The notes below the pieces were generated by a model. That model searched no databases, was not told the origin of the DNA, and worked only from the letters and a program-made list of their open reading frames with translations. Below are positions 63,062 through 64,000 of a stretch of DNA of 64,000 nucleotides, one piece after another. This DNA is from Candidatus Helarchaeota archaeon. GTDB lineage: Archaea; Asgardarchaeota; Lokiarchaeia; Helarchaeales; RDOG01. The stretch spans positions 608,001 to 672,000 of the forward strand of contig JAHPZH010000002.1 in assembly GCA_019058315.1 (NCBI GenBank), read 5' to 3'. Every line of letters starts with the position of its first letter. The stretch's first letter is position 1. The position numbers and the translations under genes are program-made.

Positions 63062-64000
63062 ATGAGTAAAGTACCCGATTATAATGAAATTAATGCTGAA
63101 ATAGTTGAAAAATTGAAGGCAATTGTCGGTGAAGAATTTGTAATGTGGGACAATAAACCAATGATGTATAGCTATATGTCTCGCGGTATTATGGGAATCC
63201 GCGCTGGTCCTCCCGATTGTGTGGTAAGACCTGCAAATAAGGAAGAAATTCATGACATCCTAATGTTATGCTCAGAAAACAAAATCCCTGTAACTCCTAT
63301 GGCTGGGGGATTATCTGGTGGTTTTGCTTTGCCTTTATTAGAAAATGGTGGAGTATTACTCGAATGTTCAAGAATGAATAAGATTATTGAAGTAAACACT
63401 GACGCAAGATATGTAATTGTAGAACCCGGTGTTCGAGCTGGAGAAGTATGGGCTTATTTTAAAAAATATTACCCTGATTGGGCTCCTCCAATCGCTGATG
63501 GTGCGCCACCTGCAGCGACGATAATGGGCGATGCTATAGAAAGAGGTTTTTCTTTAGTTACAAGCCGTTTTGGTCCTCAAGCAGATATGGTGATGGGAAT
63601 GGAAATAGTGTTACCAACAGGTGATATCATAAGAACTGGCTCATGGGGTCTTGGTGGAGTTGATGAAGATAAACAAGGTGAAAAGAAAGATGGTCACGCT
63701 ATGCCATACTATAAATATGGCCTTGGTCCTGATCTTCATTCATTATTCTTTGGTTCCCAAGGTGCAATGGGCGTAGTTACAAAAGCTGCTTTAAAAATAG
63801 TACCTCATTGTCATTTTAAAACTGTGAAAGTTTATGGTTTTGATAATTGGTATGATGCACAAGAAGCAACATTAGCGGCTTCTAAATATGAGTGTGGAAT
63901 TTCGGATCATTTAGTAATGGTTCAAGGTGGAAATTGGTGGCTTGTACCTACAAGATACCAAAAAGAAAAAATTCCATATACTTATGACTATTGGAAAACT
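63062..64000 (+). CDS. FAD-linked oxidase (VAO/GlcD, FAD_binding_4 family), 3' truncated by the window edge
   Basis: ATG 63062; PDCVVRP...EEI, RMNKIIEVN..ARYVIVEPGV, GMEIVLPTGDIIRTGS, GPDL..LF.GSQGAMGVVTK; open to the window end. Confidence 0.9.
   Translation, partial: MSKVPDYNEINAEIVEKLKAIVGEEFVMWDNKPMMYSYMSRGIMGIRAGPPDCVVRPANKEEIHDILMLCSENKIPVTPMAGGLSGGFALPLLENGGVLLECSRMNKIIEVNTDARYVIVEPGVRAGEVWAYFKKYYPDWAPPIADGAPPAATIMGDAIERGFSLVTSRFGPQADMVMGMEIVLPTGDIIRTGSWGLGGVDEDKQGEKKDGHAMPYYKYGLGPDLHSLFFGSQGAMGVVTKAALKIVPHCHFKTVKVYGFDNWYDAQEATLAASKYECGISDHLVMVQGGNWWLVPTRYQKEKIPYTYDYWKT

Noticed and set aside
63029-63253. 74-aa minus-strand ORF
   Set aside because: Antisense to the FAD-linked oxidase starting at 63062

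Overview
AT-rich archaeal chromosomal window, most likely an Asgard archaeon (Loki/Hel-type). Evidence: archaeal HdrABC/MvhD, AOR, CdhC-like, TrmI and PGK genes, a small GTPase-like gene, a RING-like gene, and a eukaryote-type SECIS. 1-14 kb is a surface-modification cluster: four B12-binding radical SAM genes, SAM methyltransferases, GT2 and GT-C glycosyltransferases, and a 1355-aa repeat surface protein. 14-31.6 kb holds a degenerate GTPase divergent from two giant envelope proteins (3481 and 2033 aa). 31.7-64 kb is redox and central metabolism: hdrCB, two lipoyl-carrier genes, an orphan CdhC paralogue lacking its Cys-Gly-Cys motif, mobA, ttuA, trmI, aor, acyl-CoA synthetase, crotonase, polyferredoxin, pgk, a bacterial-type gap, an antiporter and a partial FAD oxidase. 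The ORF track misses two things. (1) A selenoprotein operon hdrA(2 UGA)-mvhD(2 UGA)-SECIS-fdhB-like, where one SECIS appears to serve four UGA codons in two cistrons. (2) An unassigned, heavily base-paired ~600-nt minus-strand element at about 48.76-49.38 kb that looks like a large structured ncRNA. No tRNA, rRNA, CRISPR array or transposase was recognised. All family calls come from reading motifs by eye, not from database searches.
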